From Bacteroidota bacterium (GTDB lineage: Bacteria; Bacteroidota; Bacteroidia; Chitinophagales; LD1), in the NCBI GenBank assembly GCA_025963485.1, contig JAOQAO010000194.1, forward strand, positions 27,890 to 91,889: 64,000 bases of DNA, in the 5' to 3' direction. The number at the start of each line of letters is the position of its first letter. Positions within the stretch are counted from its first letter, which is position 1. Both the position numbers and the translations under genes were made by a program. Below the pieces are notes generated by a model. The model was not told where the DNA came from, did no database searches, and saw only the letters and a list, made by a program, of their open reading frames with translations. Positions 38,655-47,360 of the stretch are shown here, piece after piece.

Positions 38655-39056
38655 ATGAACAAAAAACCGAGATGCATTATGCTGGTGGATGACAATCCGC
38701 ATGACAATTTCTTTCATGAGAGAGCGATCAAGGCAAACGATGCCGGTGATATTGTTTTGACCAAAGAATCAGCTGCCGATGCCCTGGAGTGTCTGAGATC
38801 TGATACGGATCCTCATTCCGACCTGATCTTTCTGGATATCAATATGCCGGGTATGAATGGTTGGGAGTTTCTCCGGGCATATAGTGAACTGGACAAGACA
38901 GTACAAGAGCAGAATATAATTATCATGCTCACCACCTCCGAGCATCCTGAAGATCTGAAGAAAACAGATAAGTGGAACTTTGTATCAGACTATATCACCA
39001 AGCCCCTGACCAAAGAAAAGATGAAAGCTATCGCTGATAAATATTTCAGGGAATAA
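38655..39056 (+). CDS. Single-domain response regulator (class III)
   Basis: 133 aa. Motifs: MLVDDNPHDNFF, FLDINMPGMNGWEFL, MLTTS, YITKPLT. Confidence 0.85.
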   Translation: MNKKPRCIMLVDDNPHDNFFHERAIKANDAGDIVLTKESAADALECLRSDTDPHSDLIFLDINMPGMNGWEFLRAYSELDKTVQEQNIIIMLTTSEHPEDLKKTDKWNFVSDYITKPLTKEKMKAIADKYFRE

Positions 39057-39124
39057 ATTTCTTCTTCTACCCTATACCGGAATGTTACCTTGTTGCGCTT
39101 TAACAACGCAGCCCATCATCATCG

Positions 39125-40705
39125 CTACTCTATCACAAATATATAGCGGCTGAATACATCAGCCTTCAGCTTTTCATTGTAGCGCTCCAACTTCTCGCTG
39201 GCGATGGCCTGGCGGCAGAGTTCGCGGACCTCGTCGAGGGGTTTCACCTTTGGTTCGTCTTTACGATAGGGGAGGATGAGGTGCATTGGTGCGTCTGGCC
39301 ATTCGCGTACGGGGGTGCTTACAGTATGCAGCGGAGTATTTTTGATCACTGTGTAGAGGTCATTGCTTGGGTCAAAGCTATGCTCTCCTTCGTTGGTAAT
39401 GACATAGCGGCCTTCGCCTTTTATTTTGAGGTCGGCTTGTTTAGTATCAGCGCTGAGCATTTCTTTTTTGACCTGTGCGATGGTAGCCGCTGACGAGTCT
39501 ATGAGTTCTGCTTTGAGGTATGCGCATAGGCCGTACTTTGCGTAGAGGTTCTGATGCGATGCATAGTATGCTTGGATCTCTGCTTCGGGTACCTGATTTA
39601 GTTTTTCTTTTTCAGCCTTCTCGTATTTCTCTGCCAGTTTTGAGTCGTAGGTGTTGCTTAGTATCCGGTCCAGTATGAGGCTATCCTGCACAGACATTTT
39701 TTTGAGTAGCCGGGCCTTCATCTCCGGTGTGCTCACATATGTCCTGAGCAGGACTATGAATGCATCGGGCTGCTGTGAGAAATGGAAGTGCGGGTTCACA
39801 CCCTGCACTTCGGTCAGGAAATCCTTGTTTATTGTGTCAGTGCCTATAGCGCCGTATATGACAGAAATATCTTTGCCTGTGATAGACTGTACTGCATCGA
39901 TATCCAGCCTCAGCGGTATCAGGCTGTCTGCCTGGTGCGCGATAGCTGTATATCGCAGCTCCGTTTTTTCTTTTTTTATGGCGGCCCTTAGTTCGCTTTG
40001 CACATTTTCTATCGGTATAGCTGTCTCGGGTATATAGTTGAGGACCATGTAGCAGGCCATATTGCTACCGCTTTTGCCACATACGATAGCGTCCTTCTGA
40101 CTGTGGGATAGCAGGGGGTACAGAGGTGTTTGCGGACTGATCGTCACATCCTGCTCCATATTGATGGACCATTTTTCATTCGCGCCTTTTTTGAAACTGC
40201 CCTTGTCCGCTCCGCCGGATGCGAGAGCTCTCATCTCCTGTTTGAGTGAATTGGTATCGCTTTCATGCCCCGGGTTCAGCACGCCTTGTATGAAAGTAGC
40301 CACTGCGTATTTTTTATAGTCCCGTGTATGCGTGTCATAGTATTTGCGGATATCAGCATCGGTGATGCCGTCAGCCACTTCATGCACCAGGGCGCTGTCA
40401 TAGAGTTCTGCTTTATACTTTATCGCCTTCCACTTGTTTATCCTGCGGATATAGGCAGAGTCTGCTACCGTGAGTTTGAATCCCGCTGCCTGCGCCTGCC
40501 CGCTCAGGTAGTAAGGTTTGACCAGTGGCTTGTAGAGATGGGTGGGTAGTTCGTCTGTGGTGATCTTTAGTCCCGGGTATTGCCATGCCAGCGCAGCCTG
40601 TGCTATGCGCGACACAGCTATGCGCTGCGGGTCAGATGCCTGTATGAAAAAAGGGCTTGCCATCATAGCGATGGCAAGCCCCGTCGATAATATTATTTTC
40701 TTCAT
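39125..40705 (-). CDS. Secreted hypothetical protein with SurA/PpiD-N-like chaperone phrases (no parvulin motif seen)
   Basis: 526 aa with a signal peptide. The phrase typical of SurA_N/PpiD-type chaperone modules occurs twice (DADIRKYYDTHTRDYKKY and EAEIQAYYASHQNLYAKY). Its start lies 4 bp downstream of the stop of fibre gene 40710..43649. Confidence 0.45.
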   Translation of the reverse strand: MKKIILSTGLAIAMMASPFFIQASDPQRIAVSRIAQAALAWQYPGLKITTDELPTHLYKPLVKPYYLSGQAQAAGFKLTVADSAYIRRINKWKAIKYKAELYDSALVHEVADGITDADIRKYYDTHTRDYKKYAVATFIQGVLNPGHESDTNSLKQEMRALASGGADKGSFKKGANEKWSINMEQDVTISPQTPLYPLLSHSQKDAIVCGKSGSNMACYMVLNYIPETAIPIENVQSELRAAIKKEKTELRYTAIAHQADSLIPLRLDIDAVQSITGKDISVIYGAIGTDTINKDFLTEVQGVNPHFHFSQQPDAFIVLLRTYVSTPEMKARLLKKMSVQDSLILDRILSNTYDSKLAEKYEKAEKEKLNQVPEAEIQAYYASHQNLYAKYGLCAYLKAELIDSSAATIAQVKKEMLSADTKQADLKIKGEGRYVITNEGEHSFDPSNDLYTVIKNTPLHTVSTPVREWPDAPMHLILPYRKDEPKVKPLDEVRELCRQAIASEKLERYNEKLKADVFSRYIFVIE

Positions 40706-40709
40706 TTAC

Positions 40710-43649
40710 TTACTGTAGGTCTATGCTGAAGTGTTGGTTCGATGCATTGTCATCGAGCAGTTTGGTATTGTATCCCATCGGTACAGTACGTGCAGAGCTA
40801 CCTCCGGAATACTGGAACCCAAAAGTAGCGTTAGCGCCCTGGGCATCGGCATTAGAACCCTGCGCGAGATAGCGCACTGATACCACATTGGACCCTTCGC
40901 TGAGCGTGATATAGGCCATGACCCTCGATGCGCCGCCTGTACATGTGGTGGCCTCCGACCCCTGCCATTGTATGAAGCAGTTCCTATTTGGCGCTGTGCC
41001 CTGTACGACATACCTGATGAGGTCGGCACCATCATCATCCCAGTGGAAGAACAACATCGGGTCATTCGATATAGATGTAGGAATGGAGGTATTGGTATAC
41101 ACTGTACTCGCACCAGAACCAAATCCCAATACACCATTGGTACTGATCCAGCCGGATGTATAGCTGGCACCGTCTATGACGATAGGGAAGCCCCAGTTGA
41201 TCGTATATGTACCATCATCTGTGCACGAGCTGAGTACCGTAGTCCAGCCTGTGATATCATCCATGCTCGGGTGCATAGAAGAGGAGACCGCGCTGATACC
41301 ATTTGCATCCATACGCACCCATGAGCTGTAGGTGCCACCTTCATTCACACGCATCCACATACCTGCTGCTGCTGCACTGAATCTCGGATAGGCGAGCTCC
41401 AGTGAATATGATCCTGCACCTCTGCCCGCATAGTTGGAACCCAGACTCGTGATCTCCCTGTACCACTGAGATGATACAGTGCTAGGTCCGTTTGTGGTGT
41501 TTTGTACATAGTTCCAACCCCAATAGGCAGGTGTAGTATTGAAGTCAGTATAAGTACCATGTGCTTCGAACTGGCCGAAGTTGCCCACCGGAAATCCGCC
41601 GCCGCCAGATGCCGATGCAGGGCTGTTTCCGTAGTTGAGGTTCAGTGTAGGGTTGCCTGAAACGCCATTGCCATTGGTCACTGTGATGCCTGTGCCAGAT
41701 ATGGCTATGCTGCGTGGTGTAGTGAGTGTGCCTGAGCCATCTCCCACGTGGAATCCATTGGCGTAGCTCGATAATTTCACCGTACCGCCTATAGTGCCGC
41801 TACCGGTCACGTTGTAGCTTGCGCTCTGCGCTCCTGTACCATTCTGGATATAGTTGCCGCTGCCGGAGTTTTGAGCTATACCTACTCCTGCTGTCCACGT
41901 CTGGCCCGGCTGGATGATCGTACCGCTACCGGTCCTCAGTGTATTGTCATCTCCATTTACGATAGCGATGAGTATCCAGTTCTCCGGTACGGTCAGTGCT
42001 GAGGTGAAAGAAGCGACACGGAAGTTTGCTGCGACAGAAGCATTATTGCTACCTATGGGAAGGATATAGTACAATGCCTGCCACCCGGCCATAGGGATAC
42101 CGCTGGCAGTAGCAGTTACGTTTGCCGCTGCACCTACACCTGTGATAGTGCCCGATGTAGGCATAGTGATGTCAAAATACCCGGAGGTAGAGAACTGCGC
42201 ACCGTTGCCATTGGAGATCACGATAAACCTGTTTGACCAGGCGAAGTTGCTACTGATATATGAGAAAGTGCCACCACCTGTCAGGGCAAATGGCGATTTG
42301 AGTGCAGCGCTGTATGCCGTATTGATATTGATAGTTGGATTGCCCGATACACCATTGCCATTGGTAAGGTCTATCTGATTGGATGTACCTGTGATCGTGC
42401 GCGGAGCGGTGAGCGTACCAGTGGCATCCGCAGCATAGAGGCCGCTCGGATAGTTGGCAAAGCGCACTGTGCCGGTAGTATGAAGCTGTGCTGTAGGTGT
42501 AGTGGTCAGACCGATACCTACGTTATTGCCCTGGCTGTTTATGAGGAGCGGTTTGCTATTCCACGACTGGTCATAGGCAAATGAAGCATCACTGCCGATG
42601 GTGTAGTCTACACTTCCGGAGCGTGCCACGCCCAATGCATAACTATTAGTAGTATTGGCAGTGGTCGTAGCGCCATTATTGACAGTGAGGTTATTCAGGA
42701 CAGAGGTTGTATTTACGCTTACATTATTGACTGGGAAAACGACACTCCCTACAGTGGCTCCAGCGCCACGGTTGACCTGCAGCCAGTTATTGGCAGCAGA
42801 GTTAGCGTCATTGACAGCGCGGCCCAGGAGCGTGGTTCCTGATGTCACCATATCCCACCATTTCTGGTCGGCTGCTTGTGTATTGGCATCCCATGCATAG
42901 CTGGGCGACGCTGCATTACCTATGAAGGCAGATGCTGATCCGCCGCCGCTTGATGCGGCATTGACGGTAGCTCCTACATAGGCACTGCCGCTGATACCGG
43001 CACCGCCGGTGATCACTGCTGTACCTGTGGTAGTAGAGGTAGACGCGATGTTGTCATTCATCAGGATACCTGCTGCAGGCTTTGTTGCGCTCGATGTAGC
43101 TTTGAGCGTCAGCGTGCCGCTGACCGCTGTAGAGCCCTGCACAGTAGGCGAGGTCGTAGATGTACCGACCGTGAGTGTCGTGCCTATAGTACCGGTATTG
43201 CTGATATTAAAATCTGAAGATGGTTGCTGCGTGGTCCTGTTCTGGATATAGCTGCCGCTGCCTGATGCTGCACCTGATGTGGGTACCCAGGCTGAGTTGC
43301 TATAGATAAACTCGAGTGCTACACCATTAGGTATAGTAGTCGATCCGTATGACGCACTGAAACCGCCCGTAGTATTATTGAAAATGACGAGAACCTGGCC
43401 TGCATTGGGCGGAGCCGCAGGAGCAGTGACGGTGATCGTAGCAGAAGCTGCGCCGGTGAGCTGCACCTGGCTGACATTGGATGGGATCGTAGCGGCATTG
43501 GCTGCTATAGCTACTGATGTCTCACGGTGTGTGATGGCTCCGCTGACATCGAGCTTAGTACCGGGGCTGTTGTTTCCGATACCTACATTTTGTGCTTGCA
43601 AAGATCCAAGGGAAAATACGATACTTACAAGGGTAATTAATTTTTTCAT
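40710..43649 (-). CDS. Tail-fibre-like secreted protein F1 (N-module A, shared Thr/Ser-rich module B, NIDO-like C-terminal domain)
   Basis: The ATG at 43649 gives MKKLITLVSIVFSLGSLQAQ|NVGIGNNSPGTKLDVSGAI. The protein is a long G/T/S/A/N-rich beta-type sequence. The C-terminus contains ISTNGVLGFG ... FFHWDDDGAD. No T9SS CTD. Confidence 0.8.
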   Translation of the reverse strand: MKKLITLVSIVFSLGSLQAQNVGIGNNSPGTKLDVSGAITHRETSVAIAANAATIPSNVSQVQLTGAASATITVTAPAAPPNAGQVLVIFNNTTGGFSASYGSTTIPNGVALEFIYSNSAWVPTSGAASGSGSYIQNRTTQQPSSDFNISNTGTIGTTLTVGTSTTSPTVQGSTAVSGTLTLKATSSATKPAAGILMNDNIASTSTTTGTAVITGGAGISGSAYVGATVNAASSGGGSASAFIGNAASPSYAWDANTQAADQKWWDMVTSGTTLLGRAVNDANSAANNWLQVNRGAGATVGSVVFPVNNVSVNTTSVLNNLTVNNGATTTANTTNSYALGVARSGSVDYTIGSDASFAYDQSWNSKPLLINSQGNNVGIGLTTTPTAQLHTTGTVRFANYPSGLYAADATGTLTAPRTITGTSNQIDLTNGNGVSGNPTININTAYSAALKSPFALTGGGTFSYISSNFAWSNRFIVISNGNGAQFSTSGYFDITMPTSGTITGVGAAANVTATASGIPMAGWQALYYILPIGSNNASVAANFRVASFTSALTVPENWILIAIVNGDDNTLRTGSGTIIQPGQTWTAGVGIAQNSGSGNYIQNGTGAQSASYNVTGSGTIGGTVKLSSYANGFHVGDGSGTLTTPRSIAISGTGITVTNGNGVSGNPTLNLNYGNSPASASGGGGFPVGNFGQFEAHGTYTDFNTTPAYWGWNYVQNTTNGPSTVSSQWYREITSLGSNYAGRGAGSYSLELAYPRFSAAAAGMWMRVNEGGTYSSWVRMDANGISAVSSSMHPSMDDITGWTTVLSSCTDDGTYTINWGFPIVIDGASYTSGWISTNGVLGFGSGASTVYTNTSIPTSISNDPMLFFHWDDDGADLIRYVVQGTAPNRNCFIQWQGSEATTCTGGASRVMAYITLSEGSNVVSVRYLAQGSNADAQGANATFGFQYSGGSSARTVPMGYNTKLLDDNASNQHFSIDLQ

Positions 43650-43927
43650 GGAGCGCTCCAAAAGGGGACCTGGAGTAGGGAATTTCTAAAGTTTTAAAAT
43701 GACGAACTCAAAACAGGCGCAAAAGTAATGCCTTTTTTTTAATTATTTGACAATCAGATTTATATAGATTGTTTTACCGGTACAAAACGTTGATTGTGTA
43801 GTAAATAATGGAGGGATTCATCCTTAAAACAGCACAGACATATCTGTATTTTTTTACAACGAGGATATTCATTTTGAACATATTATCGATGTGACGGAGG
43901 ATATACGGATCCATCCCTCGCTAAAGC

Positions 43928-43950
43928 AAAAAAGCCGCACAAAGTGCGGC
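43928..43950 (-). terminator. Rho-independent terminator of fibre gene F2
   Basis: On the minus strand: GCCGCAC-TTT-GTGCGGC followed by TTTTTT, about 25 bp after the stop. Confidence 0.75.
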
Positions 43951-43975
43951 TTCCAATATCAGTTTATCAATTGTA

Positions 43976-46900
43976 TTATTTCTTTCCTGAGTCTTTGAGC
44001 GGAGGCATATCAAAGCGGATCTTATTGCCATCCCACCACATAGGTTTGGCATTATGTTCTTTATTGCTTTCATTGAACATCGCTTCTTTCAGATTGTCAT
44101 CAAAGCTCTGATTGGTAAAATCTGCAGGTGTAGAAGCAGATGCGGCATCGACCCTTTTGCCCATCACTATATATGTGAACGCGACACTTGAATTGCCATT
44201 GTTGTTTTCCTCTGCTTCAAATCCGTCTTTGCTCACGCTCATCAGGTGTATGCCGTTGCAGTTTCCGATAGGAGTGATGGTGACGATCGGGCTTTCTTCT
44301 GCTGTGAGCAGCGCCGCAAATTTTGCGTCAAAGCTGACCGTTGCTTTTCCGTTTGACAGTTGCCCTTTGCCTGCTTTGCTCACGGTGGCTTCGGTAGAGG
44401 TATTGCTGTATGCTGCTACTTTTTGTCCTCCATTGCTGACCAGTTCTATGTTGTGGCCGCTGGTGTATACGTTGCCGACATTGTAGCCTGCAGCGAGTTC
44501 GCCCGATGCTATATGGCCGACCACACCGCCCTTGGTCCAGCTACCTATAAACTCACCTACACCACCTGCACCTACACCGCTGACCACTCCTGTAGGGAGG
44601 AAGCCAGAACCGGTACCGGAACTGGTATAATACAATCCGTAATACGAGAAGCCTGAATAGTAATAGCCGAGTGCGCCCCATCCCATAAGGTAGTTGCCGC
44701 TGCCGGTGTACCATGATGACCCCATCACACCACCGCTACGCAGGTCATAGTAATAAGCTCCGTCATTGTTGAGGTCTTTCTGTCCTACTACGCCAAACTG
44801 ATAAGCATTCTGATAGGAGCCTCTGAGTGATGCGGGATTGTAGCCTGCGAGACCTGCGTAAGAGGCATTGTAAGTATAGTTGGAGCCGAGCGCCGTGGTC
44901 GCGGGCAGATTGGCGTAGAGCCTGTCATTGCCTACCGGATTGGCACCCATGCCCACTGAGCCGCGGAAGTATGCCGCATAGCCGCTACCCGAGCTGGTGA
45001 CCTCAAATGCAGAAAGCCCGCTGATCACATCGCCTACGGCAAATCCCTGTCCGGCGCCATTGGCGAAGGTCGCGTACTCTACGTGACTGGTCGCAATATT
45101 TCTGGAGAATCCAACTGCGGCATTGGTGCTTTGCATTCCTATGCGCCAGTTGACATCTGTAGGTGACCATGAGTATATGGAGTAGCCGCCGGCGCCGTTT
45201 GTGCTCACGTTGCCGATGATGTCGAGCTTCTGCTGAGGTGTGGTAGTGCCGATGCCGACATTGCCCGTAGTGCCTGTGGTCTGGAGGTAGACATGTCCTG
45301 TACCCCTGGAGTTGATCGCGAGGTCCTGATTGGTATTGGAGCCCAGGGCCTGGATGCCCATGTATCCGATGCCTATACCTTGGGTGAGGTTATTGGCATA
45401 TACGGATACAGTACCGCTGTATTGATTTGCATTGGTCGCGTCTACGACAGTGAGCTTCTGGCCGGGACCGGGGCTACCGATGCCTACGTTGCCGGCTGCG
45501 GTGATACGTACGACTTCGGAGGGAGCTACGTTGGTCGTACCATTACGCTGTGCGAATACGATATCGCCTAATGTATACCCGGCTATATTGGTCGTGATGA
45601 AGCCGATCTCTGCGGGCTGTATGCTGCCTACATTATATCCAAAGCCAAGAGACTGGATACTGTTGGTTTTGTACTCTGAACCGCCTATTTTGATATATGG
45701 TGCGCCGTAGGTCGTGACCATACTGGCATCAGAGCCTTGCAAGCCCCTGCGAAGTGTGGCTGTGGTAGCGGCTGAGGTTCCTTCGAGTACATCCAGTTTG
45801 AATGAAGGTGAAGTATTGCCGATGCCTACATTGCCATTGCCGTCGAGGGTCATCACTTGCTTGGTGCCTATCGTGCCTGTGGCATCAGTTCCCTGATTCC
45901 ATACAAAGAAGTCTATTGCATTGCCCGCTTGTGCGGCCGAGTTGTGCCGCGATTTGATCGCATGCTGATAGGTATTGGTGCCATTGTATCCGAGTGCTAG
46001 CTGGCTATTGGTGAATGTAACATTCGAGTTGCCATTCCTGAAAAGGCCTACGCCATTGACATCCAGTGCCTGCACGGGAGCGGCGGCTGTGTTGATGCCG
46101 AGCCTTGAGTTGGTATTGTCCCAAAAGAAGTTTGCGTTATTCTGTGCATAGTTGCCACTCGCTCCGGCAAAAACCACCGAGCCTTGTGTGAAAGTACCTG
46201 CACCTGTACCGCCGTTGGCTACAGGGAGTGTTGCGGTAGTGCCAAGGAGGCCCGCCGCCGTGTTGGTCACTATGCCCGCAGTGGTCAGCGATTTCACGCT
46301 CACACCGCCTGTTGTATTGCCTAGGTTGACCGCGCCTGTGCCGCCTACGCCGATGCTGCTGACCGCAGCGCCTGATGTATTGATACTGGCAGTGCCTGTC
46401 TCAGTGAGGCCGCCATTCTGTGTGACGAGTCCTGTGACTGTTTCTGTGCCGCCTACGTTGAGGTTACCGCTGATGCCTTCGCCGCCTGTGATCACCGCAG
46501 TACCTGTGGTAGTGGATGTGGAGGCGATATTATCTGTGAGGAGTACACCTGCTGTGGGTTTGGTGGTGCTCGATGTAGCTTTGAGCGTGAGCGTCCCGCT
46601 GGCAGCAGTGGAACCTTGTAGAGTAGGAGATGTGGTAGATGTACCTACCGTCAGCGTAGTACCCACCGTACCCGTGCTACTGACATTGAAATCCGACGAT
46701 GCCTGTGTGCTCGTCGTGTTTTTGATAAAGTTATTTCCACCGGCCTGGTTGTCACTCACCATGCGCCAGCCGGTATTGATATACTGGAATGTCATCACAC
46801 CGCTCGCCGCAGCTATGGTCTGCCCGGCGAATGTGGCCGGTTGTGCGTCGGTATTATATATCGTGAGGAATTGCCCATCGACCGGACCGGTAGCGCTCAC

Positions 46901-47119
46901 CGCATTGGCTGCCGATGCTCCATCGTCTGTGATGCGGAAGATCGTGACATTGGCAGGTATAGTGATGGCAGCTCCTGCTGATCCGCTTTGCGGGGTGGAG
47001 GCGACTGCACCGTTGACCGTCAGTTTGGCGCCGGGGCTGTTGGTACCGACACCTACGTTTTGGGCCTGAAGCGCACTAAAAGAAAAGGCGATGCACAGAA
47101 CCGTAATTAATTTTTTCAT
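43976..47119 (-). CDS. Tail-fibre-like secreted protein F2 (C-terminal module type B)
   Basis: 1047 aa. It starts MKKLITVLCIAFSFSALQAQ|NVGVGTNSPGAKL and has repeated GNVGIG(T/N)xxPxxKLD(V/I) motifs. The C-terminus is ...GNCNGIHLMSVSKDGF...KPMWWDGNKIRFD, shared with F4. Confidence 0.8.
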   Translation of the reverse strand: MKKLITVLCIAFSFSALQAQNVGVGTNSPGAKLTVNGAVASTPQSGSAGAAITIPANVTIFRITDDGASAANAVSATGPVDGQFLTIYNTDAQPATFAGQTIAAASGVMTFQYINTGWRMVSDNQAGGNNFIKNTTSTQASSDFNVSSTGTVGTTLTVGTSTTSPTLQGSTAASGTLTLKATSSTTKPTAGVLLTDNIASTSTTTGTAVITGGEGISGNLNVGGTETVTGLVTQNGGLTETGTASINTSGAAVSSIGVGGTGAVNLGNTTGGVSVKSLTTAGIVTNTAAGLLGTTATLPVANGGTGAGTFTQGSVVFAGASGNYAQNNANFFWDNTNSRLGINTAAAPVQALDVNGVGLFRNGNSNVTFTNSQLALGYNGTNTYQHAIKSRHNSAAQAGNAIDFFVWNQGTDATGTIGTKQVMTLDGNGNVGIGNTSPSFKLDVLEGTSAATTATLRRGLQGSDASMVTTYGAPYIKIGGSEYKTNSIQSLGFGYNVGSIQPAEIGFITTNIAGYTLGDIVFAQRNGTTNVAPSEVVRITAAGNVGIGSPGPGQKLTVVDATNANQYSGTVSVYANNLTQGIGIGYMGIQALGSNTNQDLAINSRGTGHVYLQTTGTTGNVGIGTTTPQQKLDIIGNVSTNGAGGYSIYSWSPTDVNWRIGMQSTNAAVGFSRNIATSHVEYATFANGAGQGFAVGDVISGLSAFEVTSSGSGYAAYFRGSVGMGANPVGNDRLYANLPATTALGSNYTYNASYAGLAGYNPASLRGSYQNAYQFGVVGQKDLNNDGAYYYDLRSGGVMGSSWYTGSGNYLMGWGALGYYYSGFSYYGLYYTSSGTGSGFLPTGVVSGVGAGGVGEFIGSWTKGGVVGHIASGELAAGYNVGNVYTSGHNIELVSNGGQKVAAYSNTSTEATVSKAGKGQLSNGKATVSFDAKFAALLTAEESPIVTITPIGNCNGIHLMSVSKDGFEAEENNNGNSSVAFTYIVMGKRVDAASASTPADFTNQSFDDNLKEAMFNESNKEHNAKPMWWDGNKIRFDMPPLKDSGKK

Positions 47120-47298
47120 GGGGTTGCTCCGAATGACCTGAAGCGCAGGTGTTCTGGGGTTTTGAAAATAGCATTATAAAAAGCCGCGTAATTTATGACC
47201 TTTTTCGCCCCGATTGAGGCCTGGGAAGATATAATTTCATTCACCGACACTATTTCCTGTTTGTATGAGTCCAAATACGCGGATGCGCGTTAAATAGA

Positions 47299-47324
47299 CA
47301 AAAAGGGCTGCGAGATACAGCCCT
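47299..47324 (-). terminator. Rho-independent terminator of fibre gene F3
   Basis: On the minus strand: AGGGCTG-TATCTCG-CAGCCCT followed by TTTTTG. Confidence 0.75.
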
Positions 47325-47360
47325 TTTAATTCGTTCGTGAAGTATGTATTTAGCCGCGTA

